DNA from: Tubiluchus corallicola
Lineage: Eukaryota > Animalia > Priapulida
DNA length: 64,000 nt
NCBI GenBank assembly: GCA_030141605.1
Contig: JAQGDQ010000002.1
Coordinates: 310,001-374,000 of the forward strand
Direction of reading: 5' to 3'
The notes under the pieces are model-generated. The model was not told where the DNA came from. It saw nothing but the letters and a program-made list of their open reading frames with translations, and searched no databases. Position numbers and translations under genes: made by a program. This document shows positions 13,001-25,684 of the stretch, one piece after another; the first letter of the stretch is position 1; each line of letters begins with the position of its first letter.

Positions 13001-16000
13001 GGTACAGCATTAGTCGGTTGCTGTGCTTCTCTGTGACTTCTAAGCTCAAAGATTTGTCTGTGAGAGTTAAATTGTTGAAAATTAATGCAAGGTTGGTAGA
13101 TAAATGGCTAGAATTCATAAAAGCGTTCACTTAACTTTTGTTTGTGTATGCATGTGTATTTCAGAATCTGATGATGATGGTCGACATGGACGTAAGAGAA
13201 GGCATTCCCGCTCTCGTTCTCGAAGCCCCCACCGACATGAGATTAAAAGAGAACATTCTCCTCCTGTAAGGGATGAAGAAATAGATCTGATAGATCCTGC
13301 TCGGACTGTTCTTGATAGATGTGAGTGTAGCTTAGAGAGTTTGCGTGTAATGTAATTTACGTATCTCTCTGTAAGTAGGTTTTGAAATGCATCTTGCATC
13401 AAATTTATGATTATATTCTTTTTATTTATAAGCGTTTCGTAGCTTACTTTTTGTTGTAGTTCAAGTTGGTAAAAAATCTGTGTTACTGAAATACTATGTT
13501 TCGTCTCTATTTTATAATGTAAAAGTAAAAGTTGTGCAATAGTTTCAGGCTTTCTGTAATGATTTGTGGAGTTTGCAATGTCAACTTTATAGTTGAGTGT
13601 TTGCTGTCCTGTTGCAACAGTGTTTCAACATTTCCAATAATGCTATGCAGCTAGTATCCTTCGTAAATTGCACAGTAGCAAACTAGAACAATAATTATTG
13701 AAAATGCTTAAAGTTTGTCAGTTTTTTCATCTGGACTCTTTTTTACATATGCGTATTTGTGAATGCTGTTTAATACATACTTTGCTCATTTAATAAATTT
13801 ATAAAAGGCGTGCCTTAAAATGCAGCAAAATATTTCAGACAACTCTGATTTGAGTTTAAGAATAAACAAGGAATCGTTGTCAGCTTCTCCTCTATCAAAG
13901 TTTGGCTTTGCTTTTATGTGGTCTGGAGTTCGTGCAACGTATGGAGTGAACAAGGGCATTGTGTGTTTTGAGTGCAAAGTAAGTACCGTTTGGCACGTGT
14001 GAGATAAAAAATGTAATAAATTTCACATATAGTTCCGTTTTCTGCCGTAAATGCTGTGGTTTCCATAAGGTATTGCAAGCACCAATAGGCAGTAGTATGT
14101 TAAATAGTGTGGCATTGAATAAGAAATTTTTTTCATAGTTGAGGTTTTCTTTGTTTTGGCAGAAATTTAAATTATTTGATAAAAATGCCAGTTCTGTATT
14201 TATTATGTAACTAGATTTTTTTTTGTTATTTATATGCCTGTTATATTGTTTCGTAATGAAAAGTTTGTTGTACTTGTGACTGTGTAAGTGGCTTGTCTTG
14301 CAAGGATAACGGTGAAAAAATGGGCATGTTGGCTATGTATATACATATTTCTTGCAGGATAGTCGTTGGACTGAGGGGGGGTTTTGTTTTCAGAAAGCAT
14401 GCTAAAATTTTAGTTCCAAACACACTTTTGTTCTATACCTATGTTATCTCTTATCCTTCTTTTTATGTTGAATTGTTTGAAAATTTACATTGTTTTATCT
14501 TCATCTTTCTTGAATTACCCAGTGAAACTAATTAAATCAACCTGCTGCTGCTGATTGAGCAAATTCTTAAATGTCTTTGTTATAATAGGCCAGATAACTT
14601 CCATTATTAAGAAAGCCGTGCAATATGTAATCTCAATTAGAAAGTCAATGCTTACATTCCTTTAACAGTAAAGTGTATGTAGTCAAGGCTAATGCAAGCT
14701 TAACAACTAAAGACATGACATGCATTGTTGTGATTTTTCATCAAAATACGGAAACAGCAGAGCAAGTTACAAATCAGACATCAACTTTTGCAAGTTTCAT
14801 TTAATTATTTTTTTCTTTGTTTAAGCTGTTTGTGTTTCTTGATGTTGTGTATATTTACAGTAGCAATTATATTGTGCTGTGATGTTTGATGTAGATTGTA
14901 GATGAGATGGAGACGACATTCACAGAAGCCGAACAGGATCCTTTTGTTGTCCGCGTAGGTTGGTCAACAGACTACTCTTCATTGCAGCTTGGTAAGCTAG
15001 TCTAGGTTACGTAACATCATTGATTACCCCTGCTTTTGTGTTTTTATTCTGTTGCTTCGTATTCCTATTGCACGTGCACCGAAAATTGCATATTTTCAGT
15101 TTCTTCATCATATTTTGCATTTTTATTTTTGACATTAATGTACCCAACAGATGTAAACATATTTATTTATATCTTTAAAAGTATGTAAATTAAGCAACCA
15201 ATTAAATGTGATATTAGAACGATACAAAATGGTATAATGTCAGAGAAAGTGTCAAGATGGTGGAAGAGAAAGACTAGTAGGTCACTTACCCTCATTTACA
15301 TTGTTTATGATATAGCTTGTGAAGCAGCACTTTAAATGCATATGTTCTAATTAACATTTCAGTTAATCACATCCTAAGTCAAATTAATACATATTAAATA
15401 TAGTAAGGTTTAACTGCCTGTAGGTGAAGAACAACTGTCTTATGGTTATGGAGGAACTGGGAAGGCATCTGCTAGTTGCAAGTTTAACGACTTTGGTGAC
15501 CGCTTTGGAGCTGGTGATGTCATTTGTAGTATGGTGGTATGTAGTTTTTTTATTAGATTACCAAACTTGACAAATTTCATTTCAAGGCATGAAAAATAGT
15601 ATGATTTTCTTTTTTTATTTGGAAAATAGTAAATATAATCAGGTTTCTATTTATTTTATTTAATGTATACATTAGTATCTAGAATAACCTCAGTTGTGGT
15701 AATTACAGGATTTCACTTCTTGGCCCGTGAAGATTTCGTATGTGAAAAACGGTGAAGATCTAGGTGTAGCATTTACCATTCCAGAGAGTGACCTTGGTGA
15801 TAGGGCGCTCTTTCCTCACATCTTGACTAAAAACATGTCATTTGAAGTGAACTTTGGTCAGAAGGATGAGCCGTATTTTCCTACTCCTGAAAGCGCAACA
15901 CTGATTGATAAACTGCCATTGGAAGACAGGGTTAGAGGGTCTATTGCTCCTGACAAAAAAAGTGACTGCACAGTAAGTTTTGCTTACAGTAATTAATGTT

Positions 16001-19000
16001 TCTTGTGAAAATGTTACTACTAATATTTTAATTTTAGTTGTTAAATTGTTTTGTTATGTAACTAGCTGCCAAAATATTGTACATTAAGTTGTGAATTGCT
16101 TCTTAATAATTATTTTGAAGAACCTTGGTAGGTATTTTTGAAGAACCTTGATAGGTATTTTAGTTATGGCGGGACTTTTTTTTTGGTTGAGCTAACTACT
16201 TAAATTGACGTAATGATAATTAATATTTTGCAGTTTGTCATGATGTGTGGATTGCCAGGGTGTGGCAAGACTACTTGGGCTCAGAAGTTTGCTAGTGAAC
16301 ATCCGGAGGACAAATACTATATTCTTGGAACCAACAATATTTTGGATAAAATGAGAGTGAGTGTAGTTTTGGGCACGATTTTTTCTTATTGCTTTCTTAA
16401 AAAAATCTATGAATGTCACTATCTCTTATTTGTCGTAGACATTTATGTATTATATATATATACTGAATTAAGTTATTTTTTTAATAGGTAATGGGTCTAC
16501 CAAGAAAAAACAACTACCATGGTCGATGGGATGTCCTTATTGACATGGCAACAAAGTGCTTGAATAAAATGTTTGAAATAGCTGTTAGACAAAAACGCAA
16601 TTATATATTGGATCAGGTAATGGTGTTATGTAAAGAAACCAAAATTTTTTGCAATCATTTAGTTTTAATTCGTTTAATAGAATCAGTCTGCATTGAGTAA
16701 ATGCTGAATGTCTTGAATTTACTGAATATGATCCAGATGATACTCGATTTATAAAAGTGTAGCGATGACACTGCTTAACACGTTCCAAAAGTAATAGAGA
16801 ATTTGTATGTTTGATTTTAGTGTGCAGACTTGGTAATATTTGATAGCGGTGATATAGTTGCTCTGAGGCTGACTGGTAGGATTCTTGATGAGCTATGTTT
16901 ATGAGTAGAACAAGTTTTGCAAGCTTAGGTATGTTTAGGAATAATGGCTGCCAACTGCTGTCGACGCAGTTGACACATGGATATTTACATATGCTAGAGA
17001 AGTATTTGACATTTAGCTGCTATCGACGCAGCTTGGATTACATCGCACAGCAATGCACCTAATAGTGATTATGTTCACAGTGACCATTGAGATGCAGATA
17101 AACTAATGCTGGTGTACAGCCAAATATAAATTAGATCAAAGTAAGCCTAATACCAGCTATAGTGGTTTTCCTATCAGCTGCTATTGATGCAGCTTTGAAG
17201 TGAACCAATGAAGATGACATCACCTAACGTGACTAGAACAGTTTACTAATGTATGCAGAGTGCTAGAGAAACGTGAAATAACTAGGAAATCCACAGTTTG
17301 GTGTTAGAGTATAAAACATATCAGTTACGATTGGTATCACTGCAGTCTGACTAAAGTTATATTAAAACTTGACAGTTGTTATAACACCATAATAAAGGGC
17401 AGAGGGTGCTACATCTGGTAGTAATGATATGTGAGTGATAAATTGACCTCGTGTTGCCAACATCATGGCAAGTGAAGCACAAAGCATATAATGTCGTGAA
17501 TGTACCAAGAAATGTTCTACAAAACGAAAGTCATTACAGACTTCCAGTGTGCTTATTTATAGCAAGTCATATTTGTACTCGAGTGAAGCAATGTATCGCC
17601 AGGAAAAGCGTATTACCGTCGCGATATAGAAGAAATGTCCTAATCATCACTTCCGTTACAAGTTTGCACACTAGTGAACAAGGATGATTGTTCACAGACA
17701 TTGATATTATTGAAAAGTATTACAATGTGCAAATTTAAAGCAGGAGTAGAACCACTTAGGAATGGTTAAGGTACTTTTTGTAAAGTTAACCACAGAGCAA
17801 CTATGGTCTGTTTGCGTGACAAATATATTTGAAAAATGCCTATTTTAATATTTACTTTGGGGTTGGAAATAATGAGAATAACTCTGCATATGTTTGGACA
17901 GAAAAATCTATAATTTGTAAGTATTATTCTTAGCTGTAATATGCCAAATTTGATATTAGGAATAGCTGAGTAGTATCAATAGTAAAATTGCTATTGGTGA
18001 GTATATACTAACCAGTTTTTCAAGTTACTCAAAGTTATGTTTTCAGAAGGCATTTTTCAAAGATAAAAAGGTAAGCAAGATTTTTTTACTATTACACAGC
18101 AGAAGAAAAGCTGGACTCTTATGACGTGAGTATGTCATTTAATTTGTTATCGTAGGACTTATTGTCTCTGTAAGGGATAGGTGCTGTGCAAGAAATATGA
18201 CAATATAAAACTATTAGTCAATGAATTTAGCAACATAGCTTAGCTAATAAATAAATGTTTTGTGTGCATTTTTTGTACGTGTATTGCACAGTGTATATTT
18301 TGATGTTATTCACTTACATTGCTGTGAGAGATTTGTTGGAGTTTATACCTGTGCTTGTTATTGTTATCATCGTTGATTTGCTTCAACCTAACATGATTTT
18401 TTGAATGGATTAGTATTGAACATGTCCAGTGTTTAGGAGCAGAGAACATTTAATTGTTAACACATGTTGTATTTAAACTCGACAAATAATTTTTGACATG
18501 AGTAAACATACTCTGCATTTTGAAGACACCATTTGAAGTATTTGCTTTTGTTCATGGTTGATTACCTTTCAAAATGGTGTTTTGTCATACACGCGACTTT
18601 GCAACCGGAGATGTCTTGTTTTGATGGAAAACTCTACGAACCGCATTTCTTTTATGTGGGAAACATGTTTGCTTGTTGAACACATTGAAGCATTTATAAT
18701 AAATTGAGAGGTAATGTTGAAAACCTCGATGCTCAGTGCACAGAAGTTATTATTTTGAAAGTGGTTTTTGGTTTGTTGTAAGCAGTAATTTGAAACTGTA
18801 CTATTGAAGATGGTGCATGTTGCTCAATGCTCAGCTTGCTAGCAGTATTAATGACGTTAGGGGATGTGCTCTTTTGAGATCTATGTTAAGATTACTAAAA
18901 CAAGTGTTTCTTGCTTTTAATGTAAAGTTTTTTAAGCAAAATTGTAATCTGAATTGTTGAAATAAGAAAGTAGATAGAATTGATTAATACAGTAAATATG

Positions 19001-22000
19001 TGAACCGAGTTGTAAGCAATTGGCATCCATCACACTTTATTGATGAATTTTTTGACTCACTACATGAACATTCAGAAATATTATTATATATCAATGTAAT
19101 TTTCATCTTTTTCAAAAGATAATGTATCTGATGTTTGTACTTTTTCAGTTGACTATAGTTAGCTCCAGCTGAACTGAGATTTTTACTAGAAATTTTACTG
19201 AAAAACTGTGTATTAAACAGTGATTAGATGTGTCATACTAGTTATTAAAGATGTTTCTCAGTTTGGGGTTAATGTTTTATCTCTGCTAATTTAAGTTGGA
19301 GTTTTCTATGTCAAGGTTTTTATGTAATAATACAAGCATATTTATAAAAAATCAAATGTCATTTAAAAATCTTTCTAATAGTATTGGTAAGCTTGCTTAG
19401 GGTGTTGTAGCATTAAAGTATAATACTCCACGAAGGACTTAAGCTTTTGCCACTTTTAGCTATTTTTATGTTTATGGAAATGTCATTGTGCAAGTACACA
19501 GACCCATAGCTATCAGCTGGTTGCCAGTGGCCAATAAGCTAGCCTGTGCTTGAATATGTTGGCAGTCAAACAGTGCTAATATAATTGTTAGTTTGTAGGC
19601 CTTCCTTTAAAGACACAATACTTACTTGAGCGCTAAGGACATTTTTTAAATAAAATTCATTTAAAAAATTAAAATTTCCTTAACCTGTTCTGCAAAAGCA
19701 TGATAGGTAAATGCTGTTGTCAGATTGTTTTTGTACTGATAAGATTTGCAGAAACAGAAGATTCTATGAAATTAAAAAGTACTGATAAGTTAAGCTGAGT
19801 TATATATTTGTTTATTTCACTTGTTTTATATGTAATCTGCATATCTTATTGTCTCAGATAGAATGCTAATTATTATTAGTGCATAAGTCACGGCTGATGG
19901 ATACCAAGGCTTGCTGTGTGTGTTTAAATGTCATTCATTTTTCACAAAGAGATAGGCATCTTTGCAACTTGTCATCACAATGTTTTCTTGTGGTTCGTCA
20001 TTGTAAATAATCAGGAGTTTGTCATTGATAATAAATTTCTGACTAGTTAAAATATATAAAAAGTATATGTTACAAAATTAATTAAGTTACACATTAACCG
20101 TCATTAATTACAGTTTGTTAAGTCTCTGCGCGATCATTACCGAGTAAGTTAAGGTCAGTGTAAGATGTTGAGTGCTTATGAGCTTTTTGACGTATTTTTT
20201 GATCATTGTTGTTATATATACATATGTATTTGGAAAAGCGTTATAGCTTTTGATTGGAAGATATGTGATGTTTATTTCTGTTCACCGTTTGATATCACTT
20301 GATTCTAGTTGTTTACGTTTAAGAATTTACATTTTTCCTTGACGTTCAGTTGTTTGTATTAAAGATAGCATAGTTAAATGTCTGTGAGGTAATTTATTGT
20401 AACATATTATTGAAAGTTGGATGCCAATTGAATTTTACATATTATGATGTACAGTATTGATATACATAAGCAATTGTACATATATAACACATAATGTGTC
20501 CAGTAAACTAGTTGTTTGAATGTCATGTAAGTTCGTGGCTGGATCAAGGTAAGTGGGGCGAGTGGGTTATGGGTTGGGATCATCCATTGTACGCGACACC
20601 AAATTAAAGCATCCGTGCAAGCTTTTTATTGCAGTTGATATATATTATTACACATCAGGAGGGCATTGGTCTTGCAGACCATGCTTAGCCTCATGTTGCC
20701 ATGACAATGATCATGTGATTATAACAACCATTATGTGTCCAGACCAATGTATATCCATCAGCACAACGGAGAAAAATGCGTCCGTTTGAAGGATTCAAGC
20801 GAAAAGCTATTGTCATTGTACCAGAGGATGAAGAATTTAAGATTCGATGTGAAAAGAGAACAAATGAAGAGGGAAAATTAGTACCTGATAGCGCCGTAAA
20901 TGAGATGAAAGGTAAGGTAATTGTAAGGTACTGGGTTTGTCATCACGTAATACTTAAATAACTGACTATAGTTAAATGTAGTTATGATTTATTAACAAAT
21001 CCTTGTCATGGTGTGTCTATTCTGTTTGCTCCTCTAATGTTCCATTGCAGTGTACCAATTATGAAACTGTCCAGCTATCTGCACTGCTTAAACTAGTTAC
21101 CTATCATAGAGGCATAATTATAGTAGAAACAGACTGCTATTTTAGCCAGTGGTGCACCTCTTGAAGCTTTTGGCTAGTTGTGTGTGTTATTTTTTCTTTT
21201 AGTAGCTCAAGTGCTTTCAAAGGATGGATGGTTTCATAAATGGCACATACATTAAAATTCAAGTTTGCAAACGTACAAAAAATTGTTGCATGCTCATTAC
21301 CTTCCCTACCTACAATATGTCGCTAGAAGTTCTGTGTTATGTGTCGTCTCTGTTATGTAAGAATTTATATCAGCTGCAGAATCAAAATTACTGTGCACTT
21401 ACAATACAGTTGTTATTTGCAGCAAACTTTGTCTTACCCAATATTGGTGATCTCTTTGATGAAGTGGAGTTTGTAGAACTGCAAAGAGAAGAGGCAGAAA
21501 AGCTAGTGACTAAATATAGAGAGGAAGGAAGGGCTGCTCTTCCTCCGGAGGCTAAACGCCGCCGTGAAAGTTTTGATCGTCCTCGCGGTGGTGGTGGTAG
21601 CAGTGGTGGCAGCTTCCGTGGCCGTGATGACAGAGGCGGTGAGATTTTTATTTAAACGTGTTGCTCTTAGCAGTGGCTGACTACAATGAAAAGATTGTTT
21701 GCAAAGCAGAGTTATGTTTTTTCGTTTTGTGATACTTGAGTTTTTGTGCTTATTTATAGGGTTTAGAGGTGGATTTCGTGGGAGAGGCGCTCCTGACAGA
21801 TTTGGAGGGGGCAGAGACATGTTCCGAGGAGGACGTGGTGAAGGCTTTGGGGGTTACCGAGGTGGCTATACACCCAGAGGTTCACGGGGAGGTAACATTG
21901 GTCGTGACGATCGTAGATTTGGAGGAGGCAGCAGTTTTAATCGAGGTAACATGCGAGGTAATATGAATTATATTGTAATGCATGTGTACGCATGAATCAC

Positions 22001-23284
22001 TCAAAGCGGTGAGCAAAGGTATGACTTGTTCATACAAGAAATAACCACTTAGCTAATGTTTCCTAGAGCTCTGTTTGCTTTGTTAAAGTTAGTGAGAGAT
22101 AACTATTGTAATTTAGAATGAATTAAACGACACAATTGACCATGTAACAACATTTGTACTCTCTAGTTTGATGATAATGAATGGACTCTTCAAAACAAAA
22201 CTAACAAACCGTTAAGGGATAACTTTTTTATTAGTCATAGCAGTTACTGTTTGCATAGCAAATCGAATCAGCAATTAAAGTAGGTCCACTGATTTTCATC
22301 TATCAAATCTATCTTCTTAGTGTTTGAATATTAACAATTATTAATACTTTAGTCATTTGAAATGCTGTACTTAAATCATAATTTTAGGTGGAAGAGGAAG
22401 CTTTGATCGTAGTTCACGTGGCGGATCTTCATATGGCGGTGGCGGATCTTCGTATGGTGGAGGCTCATCTTACAGAGGTGGGAGTGGTGGCTCGTCTTAC
22501 AGAGGCAGTGGCGGCTCATCTTTTGGAGGAGGTGGCAGTGGCGGCGGCAGAGGAGGCGGCGGCTACAAATCTGGAGGAGGCACATCATGGCAAAGTCGTA
22601 ATCAGGGCGGCTATGGCAATCGATCATCTGGACAGGTAGAGACAATTTTTTACAACTTTACGGTTATAATTGATATTACAATTTTGAAACAGGGAGATAA
22701 ATTTACATATCTTTTACAACAAACAACAGAGATGTGTTGCTCTTTTTTCATTAGCAACTTGATTTAAATTCTGACCTTGTTTACTCTATATAGTCAAGCT
22801 GGGGTGGCAGCAGTTATAGTCAGCAGGGCTACGGCAGTGGTAGTAGTGGTGGTTATGGTCAGTATGGACAGAGCGGTGGATATGGAAGCCAACCTAGCAG
22901 TTATAGTTCTGGTTATGGGCAGGTACCTATTTTAGTTAATATATTTTTAAGCGCTTTACTTCCTTTTATGGTTAAGCTGTTCGTCACATCAAATTAGTGC
23001 TTGCCAGAATGTGAGTGCTTCGGCTTAATTTTACAGTGACACTTTAATTTATGTTCTTTTTAAATTACTTATATAACCTTTGCGTATAGGGCTATGGACA
23101 GCAGTCCTATGGTGGGCAGCAATCTGGACAGTACTCTAGTGGATACAATTATGGTCAAGGCAATTATTCTCAGCAGTATCCACAGCAGTACGGTCAGCAA
23201 CAGTACTCCAGCGGAGGATACAATTACGGCTCGTACGGTACTAGTGGAACTGGATACGGCGGTTACAGTGGTGGCTATAGGTAG
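10087..23284 (+). CDS. HNRNPUL1: Heterogeneous nuclear ribonucleoprotein U / U-like 1 family protein
   Basis: 18 exons: 10087-10213 (SAP: [29 protein letters not shown]), 12196-12311, 12420-12485, 12618-12683, 12797-12890/12902/13001, 13165-13320, 13839-13978, 14895-14991, 15424-15536, 15709-15972 (SPRY), 16234-16356 (Walker [10 protein letters not shown]), 16488-16616, 20743-20911 (YILDQ/TNV), 21423-21638, 21760-21957, 22388-22635 (RGG), 22794-22922, 23090-23284 (SYGQ-rich, TAG). Splice phases are all consistent. Confidence 0.93.
10357..10367 (+). promoter_or_regulatory. YY1-type motif near hnRNP U 5' end
   Basis: AAAATGGCGGC, the canonical YY1 site, early in intron 1. A GCCAT motif also precedes a likely non-coding exon donor at ~9944 (GACGCCATTGT/GTAAGT). 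Confidence 0.4.
11100..11192. repeat. 39-bp inverted repeat (hairpin) in hnRNP U intron 1
   Basis: ATATGATTACGTGTACAGTTGTGTAAAAATTAATTTTGC, 15-nt loop, then GCAAAATTAATTTTTACACAATTGTACACGTAATCATAT; one mismatch, which is G-U on the sense RNA. Confidence 0.9.
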
Positions 23285-24313
23285 ACTGTTGTTATTGCCT
23301 GGTTTAGTAGACACTTGGTGTGCTTTATAGGCACAATATTGTCCCTTGCTGTGTTTGTGGTAATTTTTAATCGCATTTATTACTGATGTTTGCATAAATC
23401 CCAAAAATATAATTATCATTGCTACTTTGGCTGAGAAAATTATGGTGTATGCATTTAGCACACGTTTGTCAGTTTGTGAATATTGTTATGTTAAAGTGGT
23501 TGCAGGCAAGCATGATGTAATATGTGTAAAGATATTCTTTTAATCGTCTTGTGAAAATTGCCGCAACTTTAATCTTCCAAAAAAATCATCATTAGAAGTG
23601 TATTCAATGATATACGTATTGCACAATATTCAAGACCTGTAGATATTTAGTGGTCCTCTTGTGTCTTTTTATCGAACAGATTTTTTTATCATACAAATTT
23701 GCATTTGATCTGAATTACTTTGTTGAAATTTGAAGTAGAAAAATGCTTGCTAATTTCTTATGAAGTTATTATTCGTTAGTAACAAGCAGCAACCTGACAC
23801 AGTTGCACAAATCTATCATATTTAGTTGTTTTCTCATAACACATTTTGGCATAAAAATGCAAAGTTTGTTCATTTCGCATATTCATTAATTGTTACTACA
23901 TTCATGAAGCGTCAAGATCTTATGCATGGTTTGTATTAATAGAATACAAAAAAAACAGCGACATACTATTTGAAATTTACACAATCAGTGTTTGAATTTC
24001 TCATGATGTACATAGTAAGCATTGTATAAAATATCTTTGCATGGATGTTAGCAAAAAAAGTTCTTAACAGTTCTTGTGGTTATTATGTTAGTTACCATAG
24101 TGCTGATGCAAAATTACAGTGACCATTTTAGTAACCTGAATATATAATCATGCGTGTTTAGTTTACTATTTTATTGCTACCTAGACCTGTTACAGTTCTC
24201 CAAGAAAATGTGAATGACAAGTGAATCTTGAAATCGCAAACAAAAATCAAATTTTGAACTTTTGTCTGTTCGGAATGCCTGTAAAAAATTATTTGTGTTC
24301 AATTTTTCTATTC

Positions 24314-24319
24314 AATAAA
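24314..24319 (+). terminator. Probable polyadenylation signal of hnRNP U gene
   Basis: AATAAA ~1 kb after the stop codon, followed by T/GT-rich sequence. Confidence 0.45.
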
Positions 24320-25684
24320 GTTCTGGTAAGTACACTGGTTATTTCTCTTTTTAACTCTATGAAAAGATGGATGGCATTTGTGAACACATTAATTAATGTT
24401 TCATAAAAAATACAAAAACTGGATCTGCTTCATTTTATATTGCCATATATTGCAAATCTTCAACAACAACAAAGAATTTAAAGATAATGATCAGCATTAT
24501 TAACAACATCAAATTGTACATGTTTTATCAACAGTGGCATAAATTACAGGTAAGGCAGCCAGCACAGTGATATACAAGATCGGCAGCAAGTGTTAAGCCC
24601 CACTTACCAGGCCCATTCTCGGTGTGCTGTTGAAAATGTTCAGTTTGACGTCATCACTCCTTGGGCTTGCTGGCCGTTGAAAAAGTTTTCAATTTTCAAC
24701 CTATTATTTAATTATCAGCATTGCTATAGATGTTAAAATCTATACTTTTTACCATACTCTAAAGGTAGGATATAAAAAATCGTACTGTTTTCCTTTAAGC
24801 AAATCATTGCAAAGGGTTCAATCATTTCACTCAAAAATGTGAGTGTTATATTAAGATTTTGTGTGAATGATTAAACATTGTTACTTTCGGTCAAAATGCT
24901 GGGCATCAACGAAAGAATGTCAAATATATATTTTTTAATTATAATGCAATAAAATTAGCTCCACAATGCCTTGGTACAAAATTGATACATGATCAGTATA
25001 AAACATAAGTATGGGTTTAAACAACATGCTACTCCAGTTAAGCTTAGTGAAAGTGTTCAGCTCATGTTCTCTCTCACGTGCTTTTGATAAGTCTTTTAGC
25101 TTAGAGAAACTTAATAAATCCAATTTTTTTATCTTTCCAGGCGCTACACAATAATATATATCTGCATGAAGTTTCCCATGTACAACATTTCACCATTATG
25201 TCTCTGTTTTGCTAATGAATTTAGTTGCAGAAATTCTGTATGGATTGAAAACATAAACATAATACTAACAATGCACTCTTGACTTTGACTCTGGCAGTCT
25301 ATTTCAATATATTCTCCAGGTATATTTGTGAGTAGCTTTTGTGACAGTGCAGCAGCCCATGAGCTAGTAATATAAAAGGAAATCTTGACATCTCTGCTGG
25401 TTGATGGATGTTTCCCAATCTGTGTATTTGTCATCAGGCAATACTGAGACATTACATTCTGTGAGGACTACAATTACTGCAGCTTCCTTGCCCTAGTAAT
25501 GATTTTCAAGAACAAACAGCAGTTGTTTTGTTTTGTTATTTACAACAAATGTTCAAATTACCCATAAAACCATAATGATGCAGCAATCATCACCAACAGA
25601 TTTGATTGCACAACAAGTAAATCTGTCATCATCTTAATTACTACTATTTACTAACATCACTAGCCATATAATGAACATAGGGTT

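Noticed and set aside
16113-16160. 23-bp tandem duplication (TTTTGAAGAACCTTGRTAGGTAT)
   Set aside because: Two copies without spacer; ordinary slippage, not CRISPR-like.
13654-19698. U12-type signals: GTATCCTT at 13654 and TTTCCTTAAC at 19675
   Set aside because: They lie in different introns and are unpaired; similar words occur at 40501 and 42155, consistent with chance.
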